Assembly: GCA_013265495.1 (NCBI GenBank)
Contig: MU060486.1
Coordinates: 124,001 to 188,000 of the forward strand
Direction of reading: 5' to 3'
Length of the DNA: 64,000 bases
Source of the DNA: Vicugna vicugna
Taxonomy: Eukaryota
Made by a program: the position numbers and the translations under genes. Below, in pieces: positions 44,137 to 57,100 of this stretch. The first letter of the stretch is position 1; each line of letters starts with the position of its first letter. The notes below the pieces were generated by a model that was not told the origin of the DNA, did not search any database, and worked only from the letters and a program-made list of their open reading frames with translations.

Positions 44137-44570
44137 CGCGCGTCCGCGGCTCCCTCACCTGCTCACAGAGCTCCAGCCCGCACTCCACTCCGAGGCTCGC
44201 CGCGGGGGCGGGGCCGGTCGCCGGGGCAACGCGTCCCCGCCCTCCCGGCCGTCTGCGCTCATTGGCTGCTGCCCACGGTCCCGCCCCCGTGCCGCTTGGC
44301 TTAGCGCGGCAGGGGCGGGGCCTAGCGCGGCAGAGGCGGGGCCTCGCCGGAGGGGCGCAGGTAGGGGTGCTGGTGGGGGTCCGGCGGTCTGCAGCTCCCC
44401 CGCGCCCCGGGTCCCCGCCTGCCTCCCGCGCCCCGAGAGGGCTCCGAGTGTTGGGGGCTCCTTTCCTGCTCGCGATGTGCAAACAGATGCAGGCGTACGG
44501 GGCGCGCATTGCACACCCAACCCTTGCACACTCGCAGAGCACAGGGATGAAGTCACCCCGCTGCGCTGCA
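43840..44570 (-). promoter_or_regulatory. GLB1L2 CpG-island, TATA-less promoter with CCAAT box (44261-44265) and GC boxes
   Basis: Dense CpG around exon 1; ATTGG on + at 44261; GGGCGG copies near 44205, 44313 and 44335. Confidence 0.8.
44051..44136 (-). CDS. GLB1L2: GLB1L2 exon 1 ([28 protein letters not shown], signal/anchor)
   Basis: ATG at 44136 in a CpG island; donor AG|GTGAGC. Confidence 0.93.
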
Positions 44571-46934
44571 TTAGCGAGCAGGTGCTTAAAGGCTCCTGCA
44601 AAGCCAACACAAAATCTTAGAACAATTCGGGGGTTGAAGTAAAAAATTTCTTAAGTGGTGACTTATGTGAAAAGCTAGAACATTTGTAGCTTAGTGTGGC
44701 TCCTGTTCAAATAGCGCGGTGCGGGGTTGCGAGGGGAAACGTGGAAATATTTTCCAATTTTAGTTCCACAGGTCTCGTTCTGGACCTGACGCTCACCACT
44801 TTCAATAGTTTAACTTTAAAAAAGTGCAGCTAAAACCTCACAGTTTAGGAAAGGATGGATAAAATTCTTATTCTGGCACAGAATTATGTCACAAAGGACG
44901 TTGTGTAATATATGGGCAAAATTTATATTTTCTAACCATCACAAACCCAACTTATCCCAAGAACAATATTCAAATTTTACTGAAAGAAAATCTGAAACAC
45001 TTTCTAAGGAGGCTGATGTTTTTTTCACAGCATCAGAGTTTCTAGAAAATGTCCCCATTGCATGCTTTAAAACCTTCCCCTGCGCTTGTACATAGCTTTG
45101 GACTCATAAAGCTGATAAGAACACAATGGATTTTACTTCTAGAACAAAGACATGCAGAGTTAGCATGAAGGGTCCCATTTCTAACATTAAGCAAATATTT
45201 AGTCAAGTAGCAAAAGGTAAGCCAAGGAGAGGCAAAAACAAACGCACAAACAAGAGCAGGGGAGGGGCTGGCAGGGGAGGGGCTGGCGGGGGAGGGTGAC
45301 TCAGCTCCCGACCGACCGCAGAGCCAGAGAGGGGGGGGGTGGGAAGCTCAGAGAGCAGTACCTCCCCCTAAGCACACGCTCCGAAATCAGTACCTTCTTT
45401 CCACTTCTAAGTCATAAAATTAATTGGTCGTTGTTAAGACTGTGATGAAAATATTTTGACATAATTGGGGTAGAAGGTAGCCCATGAGACTGGGAGGCGG
45501 TATCAGCCATTAGTCCCCTTTCGAGCTGCAGAGGCCCATCCCCAACACACCCAGTCTCCCCTGGGGCTGAGCAGTGAGCCCCCACAGTCCCGTAAGTCGG
45601 GGCACCCTTAAGTTATTTCAACAGCACTGGCATCTCCTTTTTTCCCGGTAGCAGTAAAACTTGTCAGCACGGGCTGTAAAAACCCGGAAACCCTCACCCC
45701 TGTGTCCTCTGTTTCTACTCAGTGCTAAAGAAAAAATCATGACCTCTTACCCTGCTGGGACGCGCAGACCTATGAACACACCCTCCTCACGGCTTAAAAA
45801 CAATCTTGCTTTACGTGGACTCAGTGATGCCAGGGTGGCTACAGAGGTGGCACTAACAGAGGTGTGTTTGCTGACGAGCCAGGAGTTCTGGTTTTAAAAT
45901 ATTCGCAAGATACTCCTTTCCAAAATGTTTGATGATCTTGACCCGAAGCAGAACCTGTAATCCTCAAATCGCTGGGAACAGAAGCTGCTGTTGAATGAAC
46001 TGGCTGATGGGCTGTGAACAAAGTGGTCTGGCCAGGCGTGTGGGGTGTGAACCCTGATTCAGAGCCATCACGACCCACGCAGGCTGCCTTTCTGGTGTCA
46101 GAGGGCCTGGTTCAGAAAAAATTAAAAAAACGTTTTCCTAAAAAACTGAAGTCCCGTGGGTCTCCTCAGCCCACCACTCTGAGTCAGAGCTCCAACGGAC
46201 CCAGAGAGGTGAGTCCTTCCCTGAGAGTCCCTGAATCCCACATGGCCAGCGGGAAACAGAGGTGTGAGCACAGAGCCCAGGGAGAGGGAACTGGTTATCA
46301 CTGGGAGCTAGCACACGGAGACAGTCCCATCAGACTAACTGCATCAGCTGACTCACTCTTCATTTTCAATAAGTAACAAACGGGCTTATAGGTCAGACAG
46401 TCACACATCCTGCTTCTGAGCTACTGCCTTAAGTATGACGCACCTGAATTTTAGGAAAACATGTGACAAAACCCCTCCTGAAGTCACGAGGACAAGATGC
46501 AGAATGTGGCTGCTGTGGCAGAACAGTCACTCGGGCCCCAGCCAGCACGTGACCAGATCAGGGTCCTGGGGCCCGGACTTCCAGCCCCTTTGCTCTGAGT
46601 CCCTCAAGAAGTCAAGTTATCATGTCACGTTGCCGGAGTCTTGAGCAAAGAAACCACGCACATAGGGAATCCCAGGAATAAGCAAGGCAATTTCAACCCT
46701 GGACAAAAATAAAGTAGAAAATCCTCATCGCTGGAAAATGAAAAAGGAAAGCAAGGCCCAGTTCAGATGAGTGATCCAGGCCTCTCCCCCACAAGGTGCA
46801 CTGGAGGGGCTGGAAGGGGACTGTGTGTTAGGAAGGACTGCACCCACCTCATGCTGGCCATGCTGGCCCCAAAATGCCACTTTTCAGCTCAATCTTTGGA
46901 GGCCGAAAAGCCAAAGATCTGACCGCACAGCAAT

Positions 46935-48580
46935 TCCTTCATTAAGAAGAAATCGACCGTGTTTAACATCTACTGTGCCTGAATGGTCTTCTAGGTGCTT
47001 GGGGTACAGCAGTGGACAAACACAAAACTTCTACAGAGGAAGAAAACAACAAGAATGAACAAACAAATCAGTAAATTGCAGCCTTCGTTCACGGGTAATA
47101 AATCCTATGGCACAAAGGAAGTGGGTGAAGGAAGGAGGATGGAGGGCCTGAGGGTGCACAGCGGAGGCCTCCCTGAGAAGGTGTCACAGAGCAAAGAGCT
47201 GAGGGGGAGTGCTCCTGCGCACAGAGGCCTGGACTGGAGGAAGCGCCATCCAAGCAGAGAGACCTCCAGTGCGAACGCCCTTGGGAGGCACAGTACACGG
47301 TGTTCCAGGACCTGCGGGGGTGGGGGCCTGCAGGGGGTGAGGCCAGACAGGCCTTACCGGGCAGAGCTTGACTGTGAATGAGACGGGAGCCATGGCAGGC
47401 TTTGGACGGGGCATCAGCTCTGCTTTAAAAGATCGCTCTGGCTGCCGGGAGTGAGCAAGGGCAGCATGAAGGACCTCAGATTGGGGGCTACTGCAATAGT
47501 CCGTGTATGAGATGATGCCGGCACAGACAGGCAGGAGCCATGGTGTGGAGGGAAGTGTTGGAAATATTTGTCAAGCAGAGACAAGAGGACTATTGTGATT
47601 CCTGGGTGGTTTGTGGGGTGAGAGAAATAAAGAGGACTCGAGAATGACTCCAATCACTGGGCCTGAGAAAGGGAAAGAGCCAGAGGAGGTTTTCCACCTG
47701 AGATGGAGGAGGCTGGGAGGGATGCCTGCAGGGGAGTCTCCAGGCTCAGCCTGGGCCAGCTGGCCCTGAGACAGCTGCTAGACCCGAGTGCAGACACTGC
47801 GTGAGCTGCTGGACTATAGCCTGCCATTCAGGGAGAGGTCCGGGGTGGAGATGGAGATTCAGGAGTCAACAGAGTTGGTATTTAGAGGCATTAAGCTGGA
47901 TGAGATCCCCCGTGAAGGAGGAGAGGATGGAGAAGCGGACCAAGGTTGAGCGCTGGACACCTGACATGGAGAAAGAGGAGGAACCAGCAAAGGTGGACCG
48001 GAGGGAGTACCTATGAGGGGGCAGAACGTTCACCAAGGCAGTGTCCTGATGGAGAGACGGTCCCGAGGAGGAGGGCCTGCTGGGTTGCGTCCCCTGCGCC
48101 CAGAGGTCACGTTAAGGAGAGACTGGGGGTCAGCCGTGGCTTAGTTGGCGGAGGGTTTGGGTGATTGTGATGCAGGCAGGTGTGGTGGGGTTGGGGCGGC
48201 TGGAGTGGGTTCCAAGGGGGAAGAGGGATCTGGGAGTGAACAGAGGACACGTTCCAAGACGTTTGCTGGAAGGAGGAATAAACAGATGGGAATGCAGCAG
48301 GTGGCGCGGGGCCTGAGTCAAGGGCATGGCCCTGCTTTCATCTCCACTGTAGGTGGGGCAGCCACGGCGTGCTTGGACACACAGTGATCGCGCGCAAAGG
48401 AGAGTGACCAGCAGCGAAGCAGGAGAGACCGTGGAGGAGTGAGCGGGCAGCACCCCTGAAGAGGTGCAAGCGGGTGGGGCCTGTGGCTGAGGGAAGGGCA
48501 GGCTGAGCCTGTGACGTGCACGAAGGAGGCAGAGCGAGCTCCAACCAGAGCAGCAGGGCGCTGCAGAAAGGAGAGCCACG
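46935..48580 (-). mobile_element. LINE-2 fragments
   Basis: ttcatt...atctactgtgcc...ctaggtgcttggggtacagcagtggacaaa (reverse L2 3' end) followed by purine-rich L2 body text; boundaries approximate. Confidence 0.6.
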
Positions 48581-48649
48581 TTTGTCATCTGAATCTGTCA
48601 GCTTACTTTGGTAAGAATTTACAAGGCATTTCTTTTTAATCTTTTAATT

Positions 48650-48750
48650 TTCAGCCATTTTGTGTCCTTATGTTAAGGTGTGTCTCTTATACACCTCATA
48701 CACTTAGGGGTTTTTAAAAATCATGTTAAACTTTTACCTTGTTTTTAGGT
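48650..48750 (-). mobile_element. Old L1M ORF2 fragment, left piece of a split element
   Basis: gtgtccttatgttaaggtgtgtctcttatacacctcatacac... continues at about 51625. Confidence 0.5.
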
Positions 48751-48759
48751 TTTCAAAAA

Positions 48760-48910
48760 ATATTTTTATGGTGGTAAAATACACATAATGTAAAATTTAT
48801 CAGTTTAATCATTTCAAGTGCACAATTCAGTGTCATTAAGTGCATTCACTTTGTTGTACAACCAGCAACACTGTCCCTCTCTGGAACTTTTCATTATTCC
48901 AACCGAAAGA
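48760..48910 (-). mobile_element. L1MB-like 3' end
   Basis: ttttatggtggtaaaatacacataatgtaaaatttatcag...gtgcacaattcagtgtcattaagtgcattcac...ggaacttttcatt. Confidence 0.7.
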
Positions 48911-49409
48911 AATATGTTTTCACTGTTGAGACACCAGGCTCCGCTTCCTTTTGGCCAAGTAACCAAAGTCAGGAAACCGCACAGGAGGATCGTCAAGGCA
49001 CCGCTAATACGTGAATGAGGTTGACTTGTGCTCTGACTTGCTTCTAGGTTTCAGGGGAGTGAATTCCTGGAAGACAGTCGTTTATTTGATGCAGTTTTAT
49101 AACCCGGGAGTTCTACCCTCTCTTTCTAGCCCCGCTCTTCAGCGGTTCCTCACTCAAACCACGTTCTCCGATATAGCAAGTATTTGTGGTTCCCGGAACG
49201 TTCCAGGACCCTCTGACACTTGCCCGTGTACCTCCCCTGAAATGCTGTCACGGCCGTCTGCGCCTGCAGGCGTGCAGTTGGCTCATCCAGAGAATCTCGT
49301 GGAGCCGCGCTCTGCGCTCGGTGCTGGGAAACACGGCTGGGCACGACTTGATTCTGCATTAACTCAGGCACTGGGGTCCTGGAGGGAGATGGACACTTGT
49401 CCTTTACGT

Positions 49410-51620
49410 CTTTTTTTCTCGCACTTTTATTGAGACATCATGGACATGCACAGGAAGCATGTGAGCTGTGCGGCATGGTGTGACTGACAGACACTGTGAC
49501 GTGGCGGTCACAGGGAGTTAGGGACTGTCCCTCCTCTCACATAGACACAAATCAAAGAAACAGAAAATTTTCTTCTTGTGACGAGAGCTCTGAGAATTTA
49601 CTCTCTTAACAACTTTAATACAACACATACCACAGTGTTAATTATAGTTATAATGTTGCACAGTACACCCCTTGTACTGCTTTATCCTAAAACTGGAAGT
49701 TTGTACATTTCCACCGCCTTCATCCAGCTCCCCTTCCCCCACCCCTGCCTCTGGAAACCACAAATCTGGTCTCTTTCTACGAGTCTGTTTGTTTGTAAGT
49801 ATGACTGACCTACCGCACTGTGTTAGTTCCTGATACACAACACGGTGATTCGGTGTTTCTATACATTTCAAAGTGATCACCAGGGCCAGTCTGTTACGAT
49901 CTGTCACCACGCAGAGATGTGACGCAGTTCTTGACTACACGCCCCGCCCTGGACAGAGCAGCGTACAGACGTGTGGTTAGCTTACACTGCTGACTTCTTA
50001 AGTTCAGATGCGTTTTAACAACCTTGCATTTTCACCCCCTCACAATGCTAACCGTTTCTGACGTATTTTACCTTTCTTGTTTGGTGTCTCCCTTAACTAC
50101 TTACTGCAGATACAGGTGATTTTATTACTTTTGTCTTTTAATCTTCTCACTGGCTTTATCATGGTTGGTTTACTACCTCCACTGTATCTTTGCCTTTTCA
50201 ATGTGAGTTTCCCTTTTCCAACTTTCACGTGTCTGCTGTGGCCTTTTCTTCTCCCTCAGAGAAGGCCCTTCAACAGTCCTTGGGGCGCTGGCAGGGCGGT
50301 GCGGTCTCTCACCCCTTGCTTGTCTGTGCAGCTTTTGGCTTCCCCCTCAAACCTGAACAAGAGCCTCGCGGGACAGAGAGTGTTCTTGGTTGTAGGTTTC
50401 TCCCTTTCATCACTTAAAATATATTGTGCAGATTTCCCTTCTGTCCTGCAGAGTTTCTGCTGAAAGGTCAGCTGATAGCCTTTTGGGGCTCCCTTTAAGA
50501 AATGTGTTGCTTTTCTCTTGTTGCTTTAAATATTTAAATATTTTCTATCTTTAATTTTTGCCATTTTAATTACAACGTGTCTTGGTTCTCTTTAGGTTGA
50601 TCCTGTTTGGGACTCTCCGTGCTGCCTGGACCTGGATGTCTGTCTCCTTTCCAAGGTTAGGGAAGTTTCCAGCTACGACGTCTTCAAGTGTGCTCTCTGC
50701 CCCTCTCCCTCCCTCCCCTCCTCTGGGACCCTTATAATGCACCTGCTGTTGTCCCAGGGTCTCTTAAACTGCCCTCAGTTCTTCTCTTTTTTCTCTATCC
50801 GTTCAGCTTCAGTGACTTCCGCTGCCCTGCCTTCTAGCTGCCCTGCGCCTCTGATTCATTTAGTCATGGGTCTAGTCCTTCCAGTGTCTGTTTCATTTCA
50901 GTTACTGTGTCTTCACGTCTATTTGGTTCCTCTTTACGTCTTCTGACTCTTTGTTAAAAACGTCTGACTTCTCACTCTGCGTGTCCACTCTCCACCCAAG
51001 TTCCCCGATCATCTTCAGCAGCATCACTCTCAGCTCTTTCCCCGGTAGCCCGCCGGCCTCCTCATTACTTAGTTCTTCTTCTGGGGTCTTAGTTGGTTCC
51101 TGCGTTTTGAGCGTATTTCTCTGTCGCCTCATTTTGCCTCAGTTGCCATTTTGTTTTTATCTCTGTGTATCTGGTAGGTTGGTTACGAGTCCCAACCGTG
51201 CAGAAGTGGCCTCTTGTAGGAGACATCCTGGCCCCCCAGCAGCGCACTCCCCTCTGGCCACCAGTGCCACATACGCAGGGCTGACCTTTATTTGAGCTGC
51301 GTGGGCCCTCCCGGGGTGGCGGGCTAGGACTGTGTCTGGTGGGTGTGGTTGGCCCCTAGGCTGCAGGCTTGCCAGGTCTCGCCTTATGCAGGGGCTGCCG
51401 GCCACACTGGTGGGCAGGGCAAGTCACGAGGCGATGGCTGCAGGGCCCTGGGGGTCCCAGGGCTGGTACCAGTCCACTGGTGGGTGGTCGTGGGGCTGAG
51501 GGTCCCAGATCGAGTGCTGGCCTGCTGGTGGGCTGGGCCAGTTCCCACTCAGCTGCTGCGGGGCCCGGGCTGTCCCAAGGCTGGTCCTGGCTTTGGATCC
51601 AGCCCCGCTCCTGTGCGGGC
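49410..51620 (-). mobile_element. ORF2-less LINE-1 derivative (HAL1-like): 5' region + ORF1 + L1 3' end(s)
   Basis: ORF1p N-terminus MRRQRNTLK...LPGKELRVMLLKMI from 51132. ORF1p C-terminus LCPARLLFRFEGEAKSCTDKQ...LLKGLL* with stop at 50258-50256. L1 3' terminal sequence follows about 300 nt later. Confidence 0.75.
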
Positions 51621-51624
51621 CAAC

Positions 51625-51720
51625 AATGACTTTTACCTTTTAATCAGAGGATTTAGTCCATTTACATAGCTGACTGTGGTCTCGATGCACCTGTATCTCT
51701 TTCCACTGTCTGATCACATG
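51625..51720 (-). mobile_element. Old L1M ORF2 fragment, right piece of the split element
   Basis: ttttaccttttaatcagaggatttagtccatttacat, the expected continuation of the 48650-48750 piece. Confidence 0.5.
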
Positions 51721-52519
51721 CTCCCGGCCTAAGCTCATTTTCCTTCTTCGTCTTTTGCTCTTTTGTCCCTTTCATTCTTCAGTTTTCAGTTGTTGGGTCT
51801 TTTCCATTCCATTTATTCCCTTTGGCTTTGTTTCAAGTTCAAGCACCACGTACGTTCGTTAACAGCTACACCATGTTGACTGACGCGCATGTTCAACCAG
51901 GCCTGAAGTCAGTGTCCGAGAACTGCAGGGACCTGGGGTCCCAGTGTTGCCGCCTCTCACCTCACCTGACTTGCCCCCAGCCTCATGGTTTCATACTGAC
52001 TTTACCCTCAGACTCTGACTGAGAGCTCTCACTCTCGGCAGATCCTCCCCTCGCTCTCGTCCTTTCCCGAATCCCAGGCCTCCCTCTGGGGTCGCTTTCT
52101 TTCTGCTGACAGTACTGATCTTCAGGGCACCTTTTCTCACCTAGGGCTTCCGCAGAGACAAGCTGCAATGCCCTAAGGCATCCACAGTCTGCGCGAATCG
52201 CCTCCTCAGTGTGCATCTGGAATGACACCATAAGGAACCAGTCACTGAGGCGTTTCTGTAGGATTTCATTCTCTCACCAAACCCCGCTGAGAAAGCCGGC
52301 TTCCCTCATGGATGCAGATAAATCGCTGACAAAATCTTGTGGCTATTGTTTATGTGAAAGTCTGTATTTTGTTTTTTTCCTCTGTTTTGTTTTTCTTAAA
52401 GACCGTTTTGCTGGGTAAAGAACTCCAAGCTGTGTGTGTTCTTCCCGAAGCATGCGGAGAGTATCACATCTTCTGGGCTGTGCTGCAGTCACACCTGGGA
52501 GAGGCTGGCACAGGGCTAA

Positions 52520-52600
52520 GGCCGAGGAGAAAGAGGTGTGAGTCAGACACATGTTCACACATCTCTGAGCCTTGGTTTTTCCATCTACAGAACGGGCACA
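52520..52600 (+). mobile_element. MIR fragment
   Basis: tctctgagccttggttttccatctacagaacggg core. Confidence 0.45.
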
Positions 52601-52992
52601 TTGCTGCAGTTTACAAGTGATGCATATGTTACACCTGAAATACAACACGTCCTTGTGATCTTCACATATCTCTGGTTTTCTCCATTAGTCTGTAATTTAT
52701 CCACAGCCACCACGGGTTTGAGTCTAAAGCCCCAGAGAATAAGGGTTTTTGTAGGAGTCGTGTGGTTCGAGCTAGGGTTCTCCTTCAGCGAGCCGGCCAT
52801 TCGCCGCAGTGGGAGGGAAGACTGGGGCTCCTTTGTCTTCATCCCGAACAGGAAGACTTCTCCCTCCCTTTGGACACCAGATGATCTGCCAGATTTCTTG
52901 AAGCCCCTAGGTAAGCTGTCTAACAAAGTGAGAGGCTCTGTTGTGGAGCAGTGGTTTGAATTTAACCAGGGGCTGTATTTTGATTATAAGCA

Positions 52993-53312
52993 CAGTTGGC
53001 CCTCCGCATCCACAGGTCCCACATCCACGGATCCAGCCAACTGGGAAACAAAAACATTCAGGAAAAAAATTCCAGAAAGTTCCAAAAAGCAAAACTTAAC
53101 TTAGCTGCAGCTTGGCAATTCTTTCCTTGCATTTCCGTTGTGTTAGGTGTTATAAATGACCCAGAGAGGATGTAAAGTACAGCGTATGGGAAGCCGTGTG
53201 TAGATTTACGCATTACTACATACACCACTTTATATACGGGATTTGAGTGTCCGCGGACTTGGGGTCCACGGGGGTCTTGGAATCAGTCCCCTGCTGATAC
53301 CAAGGGAGGATG
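52993..53312 (+). mobile_element. MER2/Tigger3-type Tc1-mariner non-autonomous element
   Basis: Starts cagttggccctccgcatccacagg; internal aaaaaaattccagaaagttccaaaaagcaaaactt; ends ...ccctgctgataccaagggaggatg. Confidence 0.85.
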
Positions 53313-53765
53313 GCATGTGGCTAGTCTCCAGTGGTGTCATCTGAGAAAACTGGTTGTGGAATTCAAGCATTTGTGGCTTAGCCCACCATTATCTGTCCAC
53401 ACCCACTAAGGGCTTCAACTGCACCCAGAGGCCGAGAGGTGAGACACAGTGTGTGCCCCCCAAGCTCTGCTGTCACACACATCAGAACCAAACAGCCACA
53501 CTGCCGTACCGTCTCTGATGGGACGTGACCCACCAGGTCATCTTGGAGACACACAGACTGCAGGGAAATGTCTGAAGACATGGTTCACTGCTGCTGCACA
53601 CCCCTCCTGCATGCATGCGCACACACACACACCAGGATTCTGCAGACCACACGCACAATACTCACTGTGCCCTGAGGAGAGCGCCAGTCCTCACCCTCTC
53701 TTCAGTCAAAGACTCCTGTCTTCCTCCCAGCCGAGTACCGAGAGGCAGAAATAAAATGTGTTTGC

Positions 53766-53771
53766 TTTATT
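53766..53771 (-). terminator. Probable GLB1L3 polyadenylation signal AATAAA
   Basis: TTTATT on + about 290 nt downstream of the stop. Confidence 0.6.
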
Positions 53772-54058
53772 TTTATCTACCCAAAGGCACATTTGAGCAG
53801 AGAGCAAGACCTGCTAAATTAAGCATCTAACTAGCAAATCAGTCACTGCAGAGTTTGGAGACTTTTGAAAGCCTAAAATTGGCATCATATGCAGATCCTG
53901 TAACATACACGACAGTTTCCCTATTGATTTTTTAGGGCATTTTCACATTTTTGCTATTGCAGGCACATTGTGTTTGATCTTCCTGGTGTTATCCTTCCTC
54001 CTGAAGACCCGCCTGTAGCTGAACTCCAGGAATCCGAGAAGTGGGCTAGAACACGGTC

Positions 54059-54124
54059 TCACAGCACGGGTTTGTCTGTGCTGTAGATGTAGGAACCACT
54101 CTTCGTTTTCTCAAACAGGATGAT
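54059..54124 (-). CDS. GLB1L3: GLB1L3 last coding exon
   Basis: [21 protein letters not shown]; ttcctag| acceptor; TGA at 54061-54059. Confidence 0.92.
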   Translation of the reverse strand: MILFEKTKSGSYIYSTDKPVL

Positions 54125-57100
54125 CTAGGAAGAACAGACAGGTGGCAGGAAGGAAAGGTAAGCCCACTGAGCGCAGGAGAAGAAAGACCTGGTGACCCCA
54201 CTCTGGGGGTGAAGGCAGATCTGCACGTTCGGATGGGAAGACGGGGTAGAGGTGACACACCTCGTTGTTCCCTGGGTTGAGCCAGGCACCAGGCAGGTAA
54301 AGTGTCCCCTGAGGTCCAATGTTCCAGTATCGCCCGAGGTTACGTCCATTGACGAACACAAATCCATACTTCCAGCTCTGGAAGGGAAGGAGGCTCGAGA
54401 CAGAGGAACAGCTTCACCCTGGGAGGTGCCGCCTCAAGCACTCGGGCGTGACAGTGGCAGTGAGTTCAGGACGGGTGCGACTACCCGTTCTCCTGGCTAC
54501 CCACTCGAGGGAGGGCAGAGAAGGACACGGACGACCTTCGATGCCGACGCTCTGCACCTCCAGACCTGCGACTCACAGTGCTGCGTGTTTTTTAAAACCA
54601 GGCCTTCTGCTTCCAGAAATAAGTACTAGTAATCAAGGTGAACACTACTGCAACGGCTAGAAAAGCTACACAATTTTCCATAAGCCTGCTTGCAGTAGAA
54701 TGAAGAATTCCAGGACCAAGACCTCGGAGAAGACACTGAGCCAGTTTTCCCACTGGAGGCACCTGCTCTTTCAGGACAAGGGGGCTGAGAATCAGGGCCT
54801 TCATAGCCTCACAAGTTTAGATTTTGTTTAGAAAAACTGAATATCAAGGGACCTTGTTAAACCATCTACATTCCACGCTGGGCCCTTTAGAAAGAAGGGG
54901 AGGCACAGGTTGGGAGAGGTGCTGACAAGGTTTCATTTTCTAAAGCTCTCAACAGTAATTCTGTGGTGTTCACCTTGTGATAATTTATTGGTCACACATT
55001 CATATTTTGTGCTTTCGTGTTATCTGTGTGTGTTTATCCATAAAAGACAGACTAGCTGAAAATTAACGCCCCAGAAAGCCAAGCTGGAGCGCAACCTGTG
55101 GACGGATCCCGTTGCTGTAAAGAGTGATTGTGTGTGTGTTTAAGCAAAGCTGCACACGAGAGCACTCACACTGCTGACAGCGCCTGATTCTAGAAGTGGG
55201 GGGGTGGGGTGGGAGGAGGGTTCCCACCGTTTGCTCTGCATCTTATTATTTGAATTGTTCCATTGCGTTTTGATGTATTATTTTTAAACAGTGATGCATT
55301 AGGAAGATTGAGAAACGTCAGAACAGCAGAAAGGGGAGAAACCTGCAGGAACATGACGGCCCTGTTCGAGACTCTTGCAGAGAACATGTGGCTGGGCCAC
55401 CAGAGCAGAGGAGGGCGGCCCACTCACCGGGAGAGCCAGGAAGGTGTCCCTGGGAGAAGAGCCGGCCTTCAAGGTCCCCAGGTAGAAGGCAGGGCCCAAG
55501 TGGTCGTTTGAGACCGGCCTCCAGATGGCAGTGCGGAGCCTGGGAAAGGGCCAAGCCTTGAGGGACAGGAAAGCCCCTTCCTCACCCCAGACTGAGCCCA
55601 GACGCCCCCGCAGGGACTAGGGCTCTGGGTGGGGGGATTGTGAGGCCAGAGCATTAAATGGGGATCCTGAGTCCATCACTTGGGTGCTCTGAACTCCAGT
55701 CCCACCTCTACAAAGGGAAGAGCTCGAGGTCTGCAAGCCCCTGCCCTCCAGGGTGTCTCGGGGCCCAAGCAAGAACACACCTCCTGAAGAAGCTGGTTCT
55801 CATTTCCAGGGAGTAGATAGTGAAGTTCTCCAGGGGGACATTGTTGATGGTGACAGATCCGATTATTCCTGCGGGTGGGAGGGGGAGGGAGGAGACAGAC
55901 CGGACTGGACGTTCTCCAGCACAGATTTGCAGACCAGACACACCGTGTGACCAGGGCTCAGCCCGGAGAGCACACGCCGGTCTGACTTGTCGTGTGTTTC
56001 CAAGGAAGCTTCCCCGCCCAGGATCAGAGCTTCCCCTTAAATCCCCACAAGGGGTCAGGGTCCTCTTCCAGACACAGGACCCCACACAAGTCCCCATCCC
56101 CCCAGAGTGGGAGGCAGAGGACAAGGGAGAGGGCAGCTTGTACTGTTGGTTCCAGGACCCGGGGGCCCTACCACAGCTGGGGGCCCAGTCTTCCCTCCAA
56201 CCCCAGCAGTGCCCCAGTCTTGGGTCCCATCGCCAAGAAGGGAGGTCCCGGCCTGTTTCTCAGGCCCAGAGCCCACCTTTCCGCTGGTCTTGAATCTTCC
56301 ATGAGAAGTTGACTCGTCCTTGGTTCTCCACCAGGATCCTGAGAAGCTGACACTCCTGGTAGGGACAGACCAGCTTGTGGGGACCACACGGCCACATGGG
56401 GCTTTTACTCGGGAACCCACTCTTTCCTCGGAGTCCCAGATGGAAGACGCGCGGATGGGAGAAAGGGGGCCCCAGAGCCCGAAGCCCCCTCCACCGTAAG
56501 GACCCCACGCGCTCTGGCTTCAGACTTGGGCCTCTCTCTCCCGCCAGCCGCCTAGGAGAGGTAGGGGGACATGGCCGTGCCTGTGACCAGAGCCCAGCCA
56601 GGGCTCACAACAACCAGCTGCAGCCTTGGTGCACCCAGGCCTGGGAGAGGCCTGATGCCCTGCACACGTCCTTGGGGCCCTAAGCACAGAGCGGCGCCAA
56701 AGGGCGTGGTCTGCCACATGGGAGTCCAAGCCCAGGGCAGCTCCAGGTTCCCAAATTACATACTGTGATCGTAGGAATGTCCACATTCCGAGTCTCGTCA
56801 GCCAGGATTCCCAAACTTGTCTCATTCAGAAACACCTGCCAAAGAAGAGCTGGTGTCAGACAGATACGCCCACCCAAGGACGGCGGCGGGGGGGTGGCTT
56901 TAGAAGGAAGGGACCGGCTTTGGTGCTCATGGGGGCAAAGGCCAGCCCGACCGGAGGCCCCGGTAGACTTAAGCTGAGGTAAACAAAGCAGTCTCTTTAG
57001 TTTGACTCTACGTCCCAGGGCCTCACACACAGTAGGTGTTTCAAAGTGCTGTCAGCGACGTTGCCCAGCAGCTGACTCCCCACCCCGATGGCAAGCCGGG

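Noticed and set aside
43652-44620. 296-aa and 277-aa ORFs over the GLB1L2 promoter
   Set aside because: Stop-poor CpG island; Ala/Gly/Pro/Arg-rich translations with no family resemblance
44687-44712. Pol III A-box/B-box-like text (tagcttagtgtgg...gttcaaat)
   Set aside because: Boxes too close together, and there is no cloverleaf or SINE body
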